The notes under the pieces were generated by a model, which was given only the letters and a program-made list of their open reading frames with translations, was not told where the DNA came from and did not search any database. 64,000 nt of DNA from Eledone cirrhosa (taxonomy: Eukaryota). Where the stretch lies: positions 47,678,001 to 47,742,000 of the forward strand of contig OZ024745.1 of the NCBI GenBank assembly GCA_964016885.1. Direction: 5' to 3'. Shown in pieces: positions 41,071-54,873 of this stretch (its first letter is position 1; every line of letters starts with the position of its first letter). The position numbers were made by a program, and so were the translations under genes.

Positions 41071-44000
41071 ACTCTGCAAAGAAAGACCAGCTGAAGCCAG
41101 ATATGTATATTTTTTTTTCAATGAAATAGAAAAAGCCTTATTACCTCAAATCTACTCATTCATAGAATGGGGTTTTTTTTTTTTTAGTATGTTTACTCTA
41201 AACACGAAGTGATAGTAATAACATAAATTATTATAATGATAGTGATATAAATGATAATGATAATTTTGATAATTTACATAAAATAATAAATGTTGTGTTT
41301 TTGTTCAGTCACACTAAAGAGATAGACAAATAGACATATTGAAAGAATGCGTGAATAGAAGTATAAAAAGGAAAATGAAATTAGCAGGATGAGGTGTTTG
41401 TGTCATGCTTGACCAGAGTAGCAAACAAGCAAAGAGAGAGTGTGAGTAATGAAAGTGGTTGGGGCAATAAAATAGCAGGTTAGGCAATGTAAATCAGTAT
41501 GAATGTGTTTGTTGTAAACATAGCAAAATGAAAATTTGTTTTTCTTAATTGGAAAACGCACTACAATAAAGCTGTCATTTTTGACAGGGTTTTTATATTA
41601 GTAACATTGATTAATAACATTGATAGTACTGACTCAGTTTCTAAAGACCTGTCCAACCCTTGCTAGCAAGGAAAGTGGATGTTAAATGATGATGATTGAA
41701 ACATAAAACAGTGTTCGACAAACATTTTTGCGGATGACTGGATTGGAAATATTTTTGTGTTGAATTATTTCTGTTTCTGAAACCATGATCATAAAATGTA
41801 ATGAAAGCAGCTTTTATTTTTTATTACTTAGGTGTTTTACATTATAAATGTTTTAAAGTAGAATAATATAAATGTTATTCATTGGTGATATAAATAACAA
41901 TCAAAAGCGCAGAGGTTTCTTGATACCATTACAGCATCTAATTATGCTACAAAAAATATTTCTTTTGCTCAGCAACAGCTACTTTGAGTTAACACAATGT
42001 ATACGAACAAAGAAATACACTGTCTAGGTGTTTCAAATGATTTTGAAAATAATAAAGAATTTGGAGGGATTTAGTAATGTAGCTAAATTTCCTGTTTATC
42101 TAGTGTATAACAAAGATTCTTAGATAACATTATGATGAAAGGTACTTAGAACCATGGACAGTTTCAAACAATGTTAATGTGAAGAGATTTAACACAATAG
42201 CATCATGTTGATCAAAGATTGGTATGGAAGTAAAAGAATTTTTGTATACGTCACATTAATGAAGTCCATGAATCAGAGAAAAGGAAGCTACAAGGCTGGA
42301 TTTGGTTCATGGGCAATCCCAGATATAAATGTTAATAAAACAATACTAAATGATGATCATGATAGTTATTACTATTATGTCATTGATATCACTAACATAA
42401 ATGATAACAATAATAATAAAAGTGATAGTAATGATTACAGTTTAAATGATTTCTCACATAAGACACAGATTTGGAGAAAAGGAACAGTCGATTAACTCTT
42501 AACATCCTGTACTACATGAAACCACATTTGTAAGACATTCTTGAAACATACAAAACTGTGCTATGACTGCATCACACTAAAAATTGAAGTCTTTACTCTA
42601 ACATTGCTAATTTTCCCAATGATCTTTGAAATATACTATGGCATATTAAATATAGAATAAACATTTGAATAGATAAATCCTTTTTTAGGTATGTTCTGCT
42701 AAATTATTACAGGATGAGTTAAATAGAATTCATTATGTGACAAACACCTCTTTTAAAGACCCCATTTTAAATTGTTTCATAATAAATGGGCTGTAAGTGT
42801 GATGTCTGTGAACCTGGTGGTGGTGATATGAATATGCTTTATTGTTTGTAGTGGAAATATTGGGTGGAAAGACACAACTTGCAAGTACAGTAAGACACTC
42901 ACACATACAGTCGGCCCACTTTTATCCAACACAAAGAAACAACAGCATTTAATTTATTAAATGCAACATAGACATGTCTGCAAGGTTTGTTTTTGCAACC
43001 ATCTACTTTTTGGTTCAATCCTGCTGTGAATTTAGTAGAAAGAAACTATAAAGAAGCTTGTCATATATATTTTCTTTATCATCATTTTATATGTATTTTT
43101 CCATGCTGACATAGTCATCATGGTCTGAGACTAGATTGGGCAGATAATGTCTTGCCCATTTATTGAACATTTTGGCATAGTTTCTATAGCTGAATGCCAT
43201 TCTTCATGTCAACCACATTACAGAATGTTCTTGATGCATTTTATCATGGCATCAGCACTGGAGACATTGCTATGTGCTCAGCATGACCAAAGATGTATCT
43301 ATCCTATAGTGTCTCCATTTCATTGCTGGTCACTTTATCATGTACTAGATGTATTTTAGTGTAGTACCAGTGCTACTAGGGTTGCCAACAAAACCAAAGG
43401 AGTCTCTGTACCCTATGTTGTTTCAATTTATCAGCCACTTTACAGGAAGTACTCAATCCATCATACTATTATAACACCTACATTTTTGAGGTTATCCCAT
43501 CCACTTCATGCAGTCTCTAACCTCTCACCATATTTACTTTTAGTGCTGCCACACCTGTACAGGTGGGCATATCTTTTCTAGTACAGCAAGTCCCTAGTCA
43601 TCATGATCCTGTATCGCCTCCTTTCTTTATTTTCTTGAGGTGTGTGTGTGTTTAGAATAAGTACACCGTATCCCTGCATGTCATAAGCGACTAAAAGTGT
43701 TTGTGTCAGGAAGGGCATCTGGTTGTAAATCATTACCTCAAAAAATCTTGTCCAACCCATGCCAGCATGGAAAAGGTAAAATAAATAGTTTTGTGTCATA
43801 GGACCAGATGTTTTCAGGCTGGTATCAAAAATATTTTTAGAAATTTGTAGGGAAAAAATCATTGAAATGGTATTTTAACTTAATGAAAGGTTTTTATATA
43901 AAATCATGTTTGAAGGTTTTAATTTAAATAGACTTTTTAATGGATAGTTTTATTTAACATTTATTTGCATGAAGCCACATTAGCAAAATATTGGAAAATA

Positions 44001-44596
44001 CAAAACAGTACTATGACCGCATTACATTAAAAACTGAAGTCTTTAGTTTGCTACAGATTTTCACAATTTTTCCACTAATCAAGATACTATAAACATTTGA
44101 ATTAACAAGCCTGTTTAAAAATATTTTCTTCTAAACCATTACAAGAAGTTAAGTGTTAATAGAACCAGAGGTGGTTTAGGGAGTGCTGAGTGATACCAAA
44201 GGGGTTAAAGAAAATATCCGTCTAACCCATGCTAGCATGGAAGATGAACGTTAAACGAAGATGATGATGATGATGATCTGACTATCAGGAAGTAGCTATA
44301 AAATAAGTGCTGGTTAGAAAAGCAGGTTAACATGAAACGATTGTAATTAAAGAAACAAATAAAAACCAAAAACATTGAAATTTTCTAAACTAGGACATGA
44401 ATGGCTCTTCAAATAAAAACAGTTTAGAGGTTTATTGTTAAATGAAAACACTTTTAGATGATTATGCCTAAAAGGAGATTTTCTATGATAAAATATTTAT
44501 TAACCCTTTCAACACCAACATGCCTAAAATAGCCTCTATTAACTCGTAATATCCTGTACCACACGAAACCACATCAGCAGGATTTTTTTTTTTAAA

Positions 44597-44975
44597 GGCT
44601 TAGTGGTTAGAGCATTGGCCTTGCAATTGAAAGGTTGTGAGTTCAATTCTCAGACTGGGTGATGTGTTGTTTCCTTGAGCAAGACACTTTATTTCACATT
44701 GCTCCAGTTTACTCAGCTGTAGAAATGAGATGATAGGGACTGGGGTCCCTATCATTCCACTGCAAAGTGGTCGTGGAGGTGCCACGACAAAAAAGCACCC
44801 AGCCCTCACTGTAAAGTGGTCGTGTAGGCACCACGGAAAAAAAAGCACCCAACACTCACTGTAAATGAGGTTGGTGTTAGGAAGGGCATCCAGCTGGAGA
44901 AATCAAGCCAGAACCAGTTCCCATCCCACCCTTGCAAACAGGGAAAAGTGGACGTAAAATGAAATGATGATGATG
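44597..44975 (+). mobile_element. SINE family A inserted in a family 1 MITE
   Basis: Matches 28773-29122 with one extra 3' module; MITE-like sequence on both sides. Confidence 0.85.
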
Positions 44976-45244
44976 AAAAACAGCATTATGATTGCATCAC
45001 ATTAGAAATTAGTCTTTATTTTTGTTTACTGAAAATGTTCACAGCAATCTGCCCACCAGTAAAGGTACAATAAGCATTTGTATTACAAACCTGTTTTTAG
45101 ATATTTTCAGCTGTATCATTACATGATGTTTAGTTAGAATATTAAAATAATAAATTAAAATCCTGGATTGAAAATCTTTTATTACATGACAGATATTAGA
45201 TTTCAGTAGTTATGTATGTATTTTATTATTGAGTTATTTATTTC

Positions 45245-45347
45245 TTTAATATTTTCTTTGTATATTATTCTATGTACTATAAATGCATCTTTGATGAGTT
45301 GTAGTGCACCTGAGCACTGTACACAATAATTTCATTATTATTATTAT
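45245..45347 (+). mobile_element. 3' tip of the CR1/L2-group LINE
   Basis: TGATGAGTTGTAGTGCACCTGAGCACTGTACACAATA plus ATT tail, as at 16971-17023. Confidence 0.8.
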
Positions 45348-46135
45348 TTGAACCTCTTGTAATTTTTGATTATTTTGATAATCAAAACATAAAAGGTAGT
45401 GTATCCTTGTTAGAAATATGGCCACAAAAGGGTTAATATAATTTCCAATATATAATCTGTTTTGTCTGCCACCCTTAGAACACTAAAAATATTTTCTCAC
45501 TCCCACGCACACTTAAGAATGAAGAGCAAATGTTTATAGTATTTGTACAAAGTAATGTTTTCCTGGAATATACATATAGGAAAATAAATATTCGATAACT
45601 CAATTTTTCTTTTTTCTCAAATTAATGTTTTCACTTAATTCTTAAGATCCTGTAACACATAAAACCATATTAGCAAGAGATTCTTGAAAGATACAAAACA
45701 ATAGTCTGGTTGCATCATATTAAAAATTAAAGTCTTTACTCTAACACTGCACATTTTTACAATGATCTATCCGCTAGTAAAGAGATTTTTTTTTTTTTTT
45801 ATTAAATCATACAGGATATTAAAAGTTAAGACTATATCTGTAGTGTTTGAGCATGAGCAATGTTATGGATCATTTTAGCCAAATGCAGCCATAGTGATTT
45901 ATAATGTTTTTATTTTCAAAATTAGTATGCTTCATTATTTTCTATAAACACCATGTATTTAAAAAAATTAAGATAATTATTTTACTTATGTAACATTAGT
46001 TGAAGTTACTCATAGTGGCAAAGGTATACTCCCAAAATTACCAGTCATATAACAGGTTTAAATAATAATGGCTAGAATAAATATTTTACTTGAGAATAAA
46101 ATATTAAATGAAAACTGCTAATGTTAACATTTTAG

Positions 46136-46362
46136 GTCTGCCAAGCGATATTAGACAAGAAGATCTTTGAAGCTGTTCCTGTATTTGTACGAAACAGCTA
46201 TACTAACTCATCAAAAAAGCCAATATTTGAGGATAGCAACAGCAAACTATACCGTTTTGTCCAGAGCACTAGTTCACCTACCGATGCTTCACAAGAAAAT
46301 GATTCTATTTCTTCAATAGAAGGCATTGAACTTGAGGAAAATAATAAATGTATGGAAACTGA
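46136..46362 (+). CDS. DEPDC7: DEPDC7-like exon (DEP domain, second half); absent from the ORF track
   Basis: tttag|VCQAILDKKIFEAVP...KKPIFEDSNSKLYRF...MET|gtaagt. Confidence 0.9.
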
Positions 46363-47441
46363 GTAAGTAGTTAATATTTTTGTTACTAGTATTTTATCTT
46401 TGTTATCCTTTCATTACTATATTTCTCATGAAATATATGGCCTTTGATTTTCAAATAATTTTTCATTTAATCAAATAATTTTTTTATTTAATCGAGAATT
46501 TCAAGGGGTTTTATAATATAATTCCCTTTCTCATTATTAAGCTGATGGTTGAAACAACCTAAACCAAGTTCTTACAGAAAATTATTATGAAAGGTGTTTA
46601 GATAAATATAAACTTTATAAAAAAAAGTGGTTTTGTATTGTAAAACCAAAAGTTTAGTATCAACAAATAAATACTGATCCAGGGGTGATGGACTTGTGGG
46701 ATTGTTAAAGTGTTGGATGGAATACTTTTCAGGAACTGTTTTATCTAACTTTGTTTTAAGTTCTAATCCTATATCTTGTCACCAGAAAAGTGTTGACTCT
46801 TCTGCCAGGAGTTGATACCAGCAAATAGTATCAGCAATGGAAACCTTGTGTCTTTCAATATCAAGTGTGGTAATCTAAATCCAAATGATTCTCAAGTATA
46901 AGTTTAAAGTTTAAATAGACATTGACTTATGTTGTCTATATCACAACTTTAATTAGAAAACATTTAAAATATTTTATTTATTTTTGTTACACCAGAGACC
47001 TGTGTGTCATAAGAGATGACTAAAATGGTTGGCACCAAGAAGGTCATCCAGCCATAAAACATTGCCTCAAAAAGGTTTCTGTGATGAATATGAAGCCTAT
47101 TGTGATATCCACAAGGTTAATCCTTACTTTAGCAAGGAAAATAGCTATAACTCTTTTGATACTACCCCACCCAAAACTGCCTCTGGTTCTATGAAACAAA
47201 ACCACCCATTAAATTAAAATCTACCAAAATAATTTAAGAACCTTTTTTTAAATTGTGTTACAAATATCATCTTGACAATTTTAGTAAGTCTCTCCAAATT
47301 TTTCAATAATACAAAATATTTTATTAGAAATATGGTTAAAAAACGGTTATTGTACTTTTTCAACAAATATTACATAGAACATATATGATAATATTTCTTG
47401 GTGTGAAATAAAATAAAATTCTTTGTTTCTTTTTCTTTTAG

Positions 47442-47611
47442 TCCTATACCTCGCAGGATCTCATTGGACCCAAGTCTTATCTTCCATTCTAGAAATACAG
47501 ATGAACCAAGAACTCCACAGCCACTTATGCGTGTGCGAAGTACTGGATCAATACAACTTTTCCAAAATACTCCAATTACAAGGAAACAAGAGAGTACTTT
47601 ATCAGTTGGAT
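47442..47611 (+). CDS. DEPDC7: DEPDC7-like exon (linker)
   Basis: ttttag|T-PIPRRISLDPS...STLSVG-T|gtaagt; phases match both neighbours. Confidence 0.8.
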
Positions 47612-48122
47612 GTAAGTTACTTGAATATTATTATGGAGGGTTGACAGAATTGCTAAAATGTCAGACAGAATACTTTGTAGTATTTGCACTAAGTCCCACC
47701 CAAGGTCAACTTTGCCTTTCATTTTTCTTGGGTCATTAAAGTACTAATCATGTAAAAAGGGTAAAGACCCCCTTTGGTCACAAATGACCATGGGATTTGC
47801 TCCTACAATGTTCCTCTCTGAGGCACAAGTCCGGGCAAGGTTGTTTGTGGAAGACCAACAGTCGCCCATGTATACCAGTCCCCCCCCTCTACACCACCGA
47901 TGTTGTCCAAAGAAAAGGCAATTGCTGATGCAGCTTGGCACCAGTAACATAATTCATTTCTACAGTTGAGTGAACTGGAGCAATGTGAAATAAAGTGTCT
48001 TGCTCAAGAATACAATGCAAAGCCCAGTCCAAGAATCATGTACAGTGGTCAATTTAATCAACGTTTCCCCCTCCACCCCAAATTGTTGGATTTGTATCTA
48101 AATTAGTAACCATTATTACTGG

Positions 48123-48283
48123 ACAGTATTGGTAGAGGGTCAGACGCTATGCTTTGCAGCAAAGAGTTACTGCCCTTTATGGTCTGAGTTCAAATCCCGT
48201 TGAGGTTAACTTTGCCTTTCATCCTAAAGTACCAGTAATACACTGGAATAATTGCTGGCCTTGTGCCAAACGTAGAAACAAAT
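48123..48283 (+). mobile_element. SINE family B, internally deleted
   Basis: Matches the other family B copies. Confidence 0.75.
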
Positions 48284-48700
48284 ATTACTGTTGTTGTTGT
48301 TAATGTTTTATTATTGAGATGAGTGGATAGCAAATCCAGTACTGTCTGACAAAATGCCTTGCTATATTTGATCATGACCCTTTACACCCTATGTTCAAAT
48401 TCCTCCAAGGTTGACTTTGTTTATCTGAGGTTGATACAATAAAGCAACACCCAACTACAGATATCAGTATAAATCAATAATATCCCTCCCACGAAATATG
48501 TAGCCTTCATCCAATTTTAGAAACTATTTCAGGCATCTAGTATTGACCCTTTACATTCTGAACTCAAATCATAGCTTTGCCTTTCTTCCTTATGGGGTCG
48601 ATAAAATAAAATACCAGTAACGAACTAGGGTCAATTTAGGCCATGGGCCTAAATTAGGAATTATCTACATCATTATCATAAAAGCATTAAACAAAATAAC

Positions 48701-48741
<41 letters not shown>

Positions 48742-49086
48742 GGACCTTTGCATTCTGAGTTGTGCTAACAATTTTAACTCTTAACATCCTGTACCACATG
48801 AAGCTACATTAACTAGAGATTCTTAAAAAGTAGAAGACAACACTGACAACATTACATCAGATATTAGTCTTTAATTTAGTATTGCAAATTTTCACAATCT
48901 GTCCACTAGTAAAGATACTATAAACATTTGCATTAAAAAGCCATTTAAAAATATTTTCTGCCAAATCATTGCAGGATGCCAATAAAGCTTTAGCTGTTTT
49001 ATTATACAAAATTGAGTAAGTTGAAATTTTTTTTTTAAATCTGATTTTTTTTTTTTTCTAATTTTATTTTTTTATTTTATTTTTAG

Positions 49087-49619
49087 TGAAAGATGATGTT
49101 CTTCGCCAGGTATCACTGTGTGAACTCTTGCGTTTACTTGACATCCACATTTTAGATGGGTTTCTAGCACATTTACACATGGAAGATGATTCACGGCAGA
49201 ACGGCTGGACCAACTATGGGCTGTCATTTGCAGCTTGTACTTCACCAATGTTTGGCAAAAGATCACATGACCCCTTTTTAACAGCTGCTATGGACTGTCT
49301 AGCAACATCTATTTATGACTTACCTGGATTGAGAAAAGAAGGTTTCTGTATACCACTATCATTAGAGGAGAAACAACATCTATTTGAGACAGTCCTTAAA
49401 CATTACAAATGTTTAGATGAACCCCTTCTATCATCCTGGGACTTGGATTTCCATTTATCTATTCGGAATATGATTCTTAATGGAGATGAAAACAAGGCCA
49501 AACATGCTTTTCATCTATATTCTCTCATACTTCCAAGATACCAGAAGGAAAAACTTATTCGAATCCTGAATTTTATTCAATTAGTGATAAAGGATGAAGA
49601 ACTACAGCAGTGTAGTCAG
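49087..49619 (+). CDS. DEPDC7: DEPDC7-like exon (RhoGAP-like region)
   Basis: ttttag|..LRQVSLCELLRLLDIHILD..LTAAMDCL..KQHLFETVLKHY..EPLL..CSQ|gtaaga. Confidence 0.9.
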
Positions 49620-51040
49620 GTAAGAAGAAAGGAAATATATATTTCTATTCCCCTCATAGGATCTACCTTCCTCTTTCTCACTGATTTACATCCTTAATTC
49701 TTCCTTTACAGCCATAAGTTGTTTGTTTACTCTTTCACTCAACAATATTTAGGTACCTCTTCTGCCAGTGTACTCTCTACCCTACATCGCTAACCTCACA
49801 ATCCCCCCCCTCTCTCTCACACACACACACTTGATCTCCCCTCTACAACCCTAATATTGCCCTCCTCCATGAACCCCAGTGACTAGTCCAACTATGCCAA
49901 CATGGGAAAACGTGAGCACCCCACAATGTACTACCAGACATCACTCAGGCTACCTTGGCGAACAGCATGTATCCCCTCGCTCTTGCCTTCCCTCACTCCT
50001 ATCACTGCTTCCCAGGTAGTGCACTCAGCCCACTCTGCAAAGTGGTAATGTGAGTGCCACAATAAAAGTACCCAGTGCACTGTTGGGTTGTAGTGGCTGT
50101 GCCATGATAAAACACACCCAGTACATGCCGAGAAGTTGTTCACATTAGGAAGGGCATCCAGTTGTAGAAACCAAGCTAAAACGAAGTGTATGAGCAAGAC
50201 GCAGTCATCTGACCTGTCTGACCTCAGAATGTGACAGCCTATCTAACTCATGCAAGCATGGTATATAGACATAGAATAGTGATGATTATCATGATCATTT
50301 TACATGTATATCTAGATCCATGTCTTATTCATACATTCTATATTGTATCATGATTTCTTTGGATAAATGCCCTTCCTAATGCTAATCACTTTACAGAGTT
50401 TACTAGGCTCATTTTATCATAGTACCTGCACTACAGAGATCGTCATCTTCTTGAAAAGGTTGGAGTCTTCTCTTCTTATATAGCATGGTTTCCATTTAAT
50501 TGCCAGTCACTTTACATGAAGGAAGTGAGAGCCAATGTGTGGGCAATGCTCTGCTATGGAACTAAAGACTTCAGGATGTATTATTAGAGCAATAATCACA
50601 AAATGTTTCATCATTGATTTAGTTTGTTCATATTCCTTAAGGATTAGCCTAATGCTAAGAGGCTACATAAATTGTTAAACATATTTATTTAGAATTCATA
50701 AAAGTAAGTTAAAAAAAGGTGGAATGTAAACTCCTTCGGTTGGACAACATATCTCAACTATATCCTGTACACAAAGCTGGCTAAAATATTGCTATGAAGA
50801 ACAACCAGCATTATCTCCTGCATTAACCATTCCTCTTCATAGAGGGCTTCTTTCTCAGGTGTGATGTCATCTTGATTTGGTGGAGACCAAGGACCAATAT
50901 TAAATATATGCCTACAATATTAAATATATGCTTAACATTTGATCCCTTTTCTGCATTAAGCAAGACACTCAGTAGTTCTATAAAACAATTTTAATAAAAT
51001 TTATTATTATTTAAGAATTATGTTGTTGTTTTATCTCCAG

Positions 51041-51245
51041 ATGTATAGCACATATCCAGTTGTGCGAGCATTCACCGACTCGATTTTAAGACATCCCCTT
51101 ATGGCTCATGAACTTGCTGTCATTGTTGTCAATTTCTTCCTTGATAATCATGGACTGCTTTCAGCCCCACCACCTGAATACATCCGGGAAAATGTGAATC
51201 ACATTTTAAGTGAAATTCAAGAAGGAAAACATGTTCCCTATCAGC
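51041..51245 (+). CDS. DEPDC7: DEPDC7-like exon
   Basis: ctccag|MYSTYPVVRAFTDSIL..FFLDNHGLLSAPP..PYQ-C|gtaaga. Confidence 0.88.
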
Positions 51246-52171
51246 GTAAGATATTCTTTTGTATTTTTTAGATATAAAATGATGATAATACTGACAATTT
51301 TATGTCTGCATTTCATGCTGGCCTGAGTTGAATAGAGTGTCACGGTTTGAGACAGAGTTGGATAACACTGTCTTACCTATACATTTTTGGCGTGGTTTAT
51401 ATGGCTAGATACCTTTACTAATTCCAACCACTTTAGAGTGTTGGGGGTACATTTTGTGGTACTAGCACAATCACTTTACAGAGTGTACTAGAGTATTTTA
51501 TTATAGCATCAACACTACTACTTTACACCCCCCCCCCCACACACACACACACCCCTCACTAAAATAGTTTGCCTTGTGCCTAAACCAGAAACCATTATTA
51601 ACGAAGGCAAATAGGGTGCTGGATTTGGCAGAATTGTTAGTGCATCAGACAAAATGTTTTTAGTTATTGCCCTTTACATTCTGAGTTCAAATCCAGGGTC
51701 AATAAAAAATAATACCAGTACTGGTATAATCAACTTTCCCTTTCCTCCAAATTTCTAGCTTTGTGCCTAAAGAATTATTAAAGAAGGCGAAGGAGCAGCC
51801 AAAATGCTGTCAGTTCATATCAACTTTGCCTTACATCCTTCTGAGTATATAAAATAAGGTGCCAGTCAAATATTGGGATTGATTTAATCAACTAATCCTT
51901 CTTTCTCTATATTTAGGAACTTGTACTTATCTTAGAAATGATTATCAAAAAGAGCTTTGAGTTCAAATCCTGCCATGGCCAATTTTGTATGTAATCCTTC
52001 AGGGTTTATTAAAATATATGCCATACAAGTATTCAGGTTGATGCAATTGACTATGTCTCCCCTCTACAAATATGTGGCCTTGTGCTCATATTAGAAATCC
52101 TTCTCATCACCATCCTCCATTGTTATTGATAGTAATATTATTATATTTTGACTTGTTTGTTTTATTTCCAG

Positions 52172-52374
52172 CTCCTCGTTTTAGCCGTCCTGTGTCTATG
52201 GTAGAATATGAACACCTTGGCCAAGAATGTACCACCTCTAGTCTAATAATGCTGATGAACAGTATCATTGACAATGTACAGCTCTCATTAAAAGAGAAAA
52301 AAAACAAACTGAAGCATTTCCAGAAACACCATCCTAAACTCTACAAAAAACATTTTCCTAATATGCTTTTATAA
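52172..52374 (+). CDS. DEPDC7: DEPDC7-like last coding exon
   Basis: ttccag|..PRFSRPVSMVEYE..SIIDNVQLSLKEKKNKLKHFQKHHPKLYKKHFPNMLL*. Confidence 0.9.
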
Positions 52375-53894
52375 AATAATTTCCCTTCCAAGATACAATA
52401 TCTCTATTGTAGTGAATGTATGTGTATTCCTCTAGTCGACTTTGTAAGATACACAGTATTATGTAAGTATGGATTGCTAAAGTAAACTTACTATTCTGTA
52501 GGTGAGAAACAAACTTCTTGATATTTCAAACAACTTATTCCAGAACTTATTCAGTATATTCATAGTGTTGCTAACCTGTGAAGCTGATAACCATGATAGA
52601 TGTACTGGTGGTGTTAGCAACACATTTACTATGCTGAATAGATTGACTGAGTAATTTCAGTATAGTTAATAACTATGCTACCGTGCTAATCAAGATTGTA
52701 ATATTTACCATGATATTGTTTGTAACAGGACCATTTATATCAGACTACCTTAATAACTATGATGTTGTTGGGCCACACATCTACCATGGAAATCAAATTA
52801 GGTTAGTAACCTTGATGTTAGCAACTTTTCAGCCATACTGGTCAACACTTCAGTGTTTGCTGTAGTACTGTTAGTAAACATTACTTTGCAGATCTGATAA
52901 CTATGATACTGTTAACAACACCCCTACCATGTAAATCAGATTAACTTAACAACATTACTATCAACTGAACTTAGCAACATTGCTATCATGTTGATCAAAT
53001 GTGCAATGTTAGTAAGTTACATTGCATATCAGATCACCATGGTAGTTGTGATGTTAAGCAACATCTATGAAAACAATAACTATTATTGTTGTAAAATTCA
53101 GTGTTGTAATAATGATGTTACATCATCAAGTGAAATATTACCATTAACTTATATTTAGGACAATTTGTTTTTATCAAAAGATAACCAATGGCAAAACCTT
53201 TCGGTTTCATCTCACTCTGCATCTTTCGTACTGTCACACACCCAAAATTTCTAGTATATAACCTAAGGTAGTGGAGTAACAGAAGTAGTAGGCCAAATAC
53301 TTTAGTCAATACAACCTTTTATCTTTTTAAGGTCAATAAGTTATGTTCTGGCATCAATTCACACAACTGTACCCTTCCTCTATAGTATTAGTGTGAGAAA
53401 TACTAATTTCTACTGTTACACACAAAAGCTAATGTATGTAATCTTCACACAGTATCTCATTCACATGTGACTTCAGTCTTTCATACATGTTTTATTTCAA
53501 CTATAACAGTCCTTAAATGTAATTATGTACTTTGTCAAGGACAAACTGATTTTCTCCCGTGTTTCTATTATAACCTTGAATTAGAAAAAAACTTCATTTT
53601 ATGTTATAAATATACTTATGAAATCTTATACTAAAATATTTAGTGATAAGATATTAAGTTACTAGTCATGTCTTGTTAAGATATCCCTATGTTTCAATAG
53701 TGTTTCCTTTTTTTTCTTTTTAAATCACAAATTTGTTTCTATATTACCTTCTTGGTTTAAAGAAGGGGTCCATCTCTTTGCTCATCATCAGTGCTATTGT
53801 TTTATCGTCCATTTTTAAAAAACTATTTTGTGTTTAACAAGATACCTTTTTCAAACTTTCTTTGTAGGCTGCTGCTTGATGTTTTTTTTATTTA

Positions 53895-53900
53895 AATAAA
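53895..53900 (+). promoter_or_regulatory. Candidate polyadenylation signal of the DEPDC7-like gene
   Basis: AATAAA ~1.5 kb after the stop, at the end of a stretch free of recognisable TEs. Confidence 0.35.
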
Positions 53901-54477
53901 GTTTTTTGGTATATGTATGAACCCATAACTCCGTAACATGCATAACTGTAGTAACATACAGCGTTTCTTGGGCATTTTTTAAATCAAGCAGAGCCCATTA
54001 TCTCTCCAGGTCTGAACATAGCCAATTTCTTCTAGAGAAGGAAAGGGAAAGAGATATAGAAGAAGAATCGGCCCAAGTACTGGACTGGTACTTTTTTTTT
54101 ATCAGCCTCAAAAGTATGAAAGGCAAAGTTAACCTTGGTAAGATTTGAACTCAGAGTGCAGAGATCCAGAACAAATACTACAAAGTATTTTATCCAATGT
54201 TCTGCCAATTCACAGCCTTTTTGGTATATAGAATTTCTTAAAATCATCCAATTCTGAACTCTTTTGTGGTTCTCAACTTAACTTTCCTTTTAGTTCCCTC
54301 ATAGCCTGAACTCTTCTCACAAACTTATTTACACCTAACTTTCTTTGATGACAGCACTATTAAGATAGCCAGTCCCCACAAAAACACTTCTTTTTTATCT
54401 GTCTTATCTGAGTATAGCAACTAGTTCTTCATTCTATTTTAGTATGCATTACCTTGCACTGATGTTATCAACTACAT

Positions 54478-54873
54478 GGAGGTGGAGTGACAGAATCATT
54501 AGAGCATTTGCAATATTTGTTTAGGCCTTTTAAATTCTGAGTTCAAATCCTGCTGAGGTTAACTTTGCTTTTCACCCTTTCAGGGTCTATAAAATAATGT
54601 ACCAGTAATGTACTAAGGTTGATGTTGGCCTGAAACCTAAACTAGAAATCATTATTTATGAACTACAAGGGCGGTGGATTGGCAGTATCGGTAGAGGGTC
54701 GGACGCTATGCTTTGACGTATAGAGTTACGGCCCTTGCCATTCTGAGTTCAAATCCCGTCGAGGTTAACTTTGCCTTTCATCCTTACAGGGTCGATAAAA
54801 TAAAGTACCAGTAATGCTCTGGGTAATTTCTGGCCTTGTGCCAAACGTAGAAACAATTATTTATGAACTACAA
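54478..54873 (+). mobile_element. Older SINE B (54478-54660) with a young SINE B (54669-54860) inserted at its tail; 18-bp TSD
   Basis: ATTATTTATGAACTACAA at 54651-54668 and 54856-54873. Confidence 0.88.

Larger units (their letters stand above)
35208..52374 (+). other. DEPDC7: DEP domain-containing protein 7-like (DEPDC4/7 family) gene: span of identified coding exons
   Basis: Six GT-AG exons join in frame (junction phases 0,2,1,0,1) into DEP + RhoGAP-like + C-terminal KKNKLKHFQKHHP..Y...FP motif. Confidence 0.88.
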
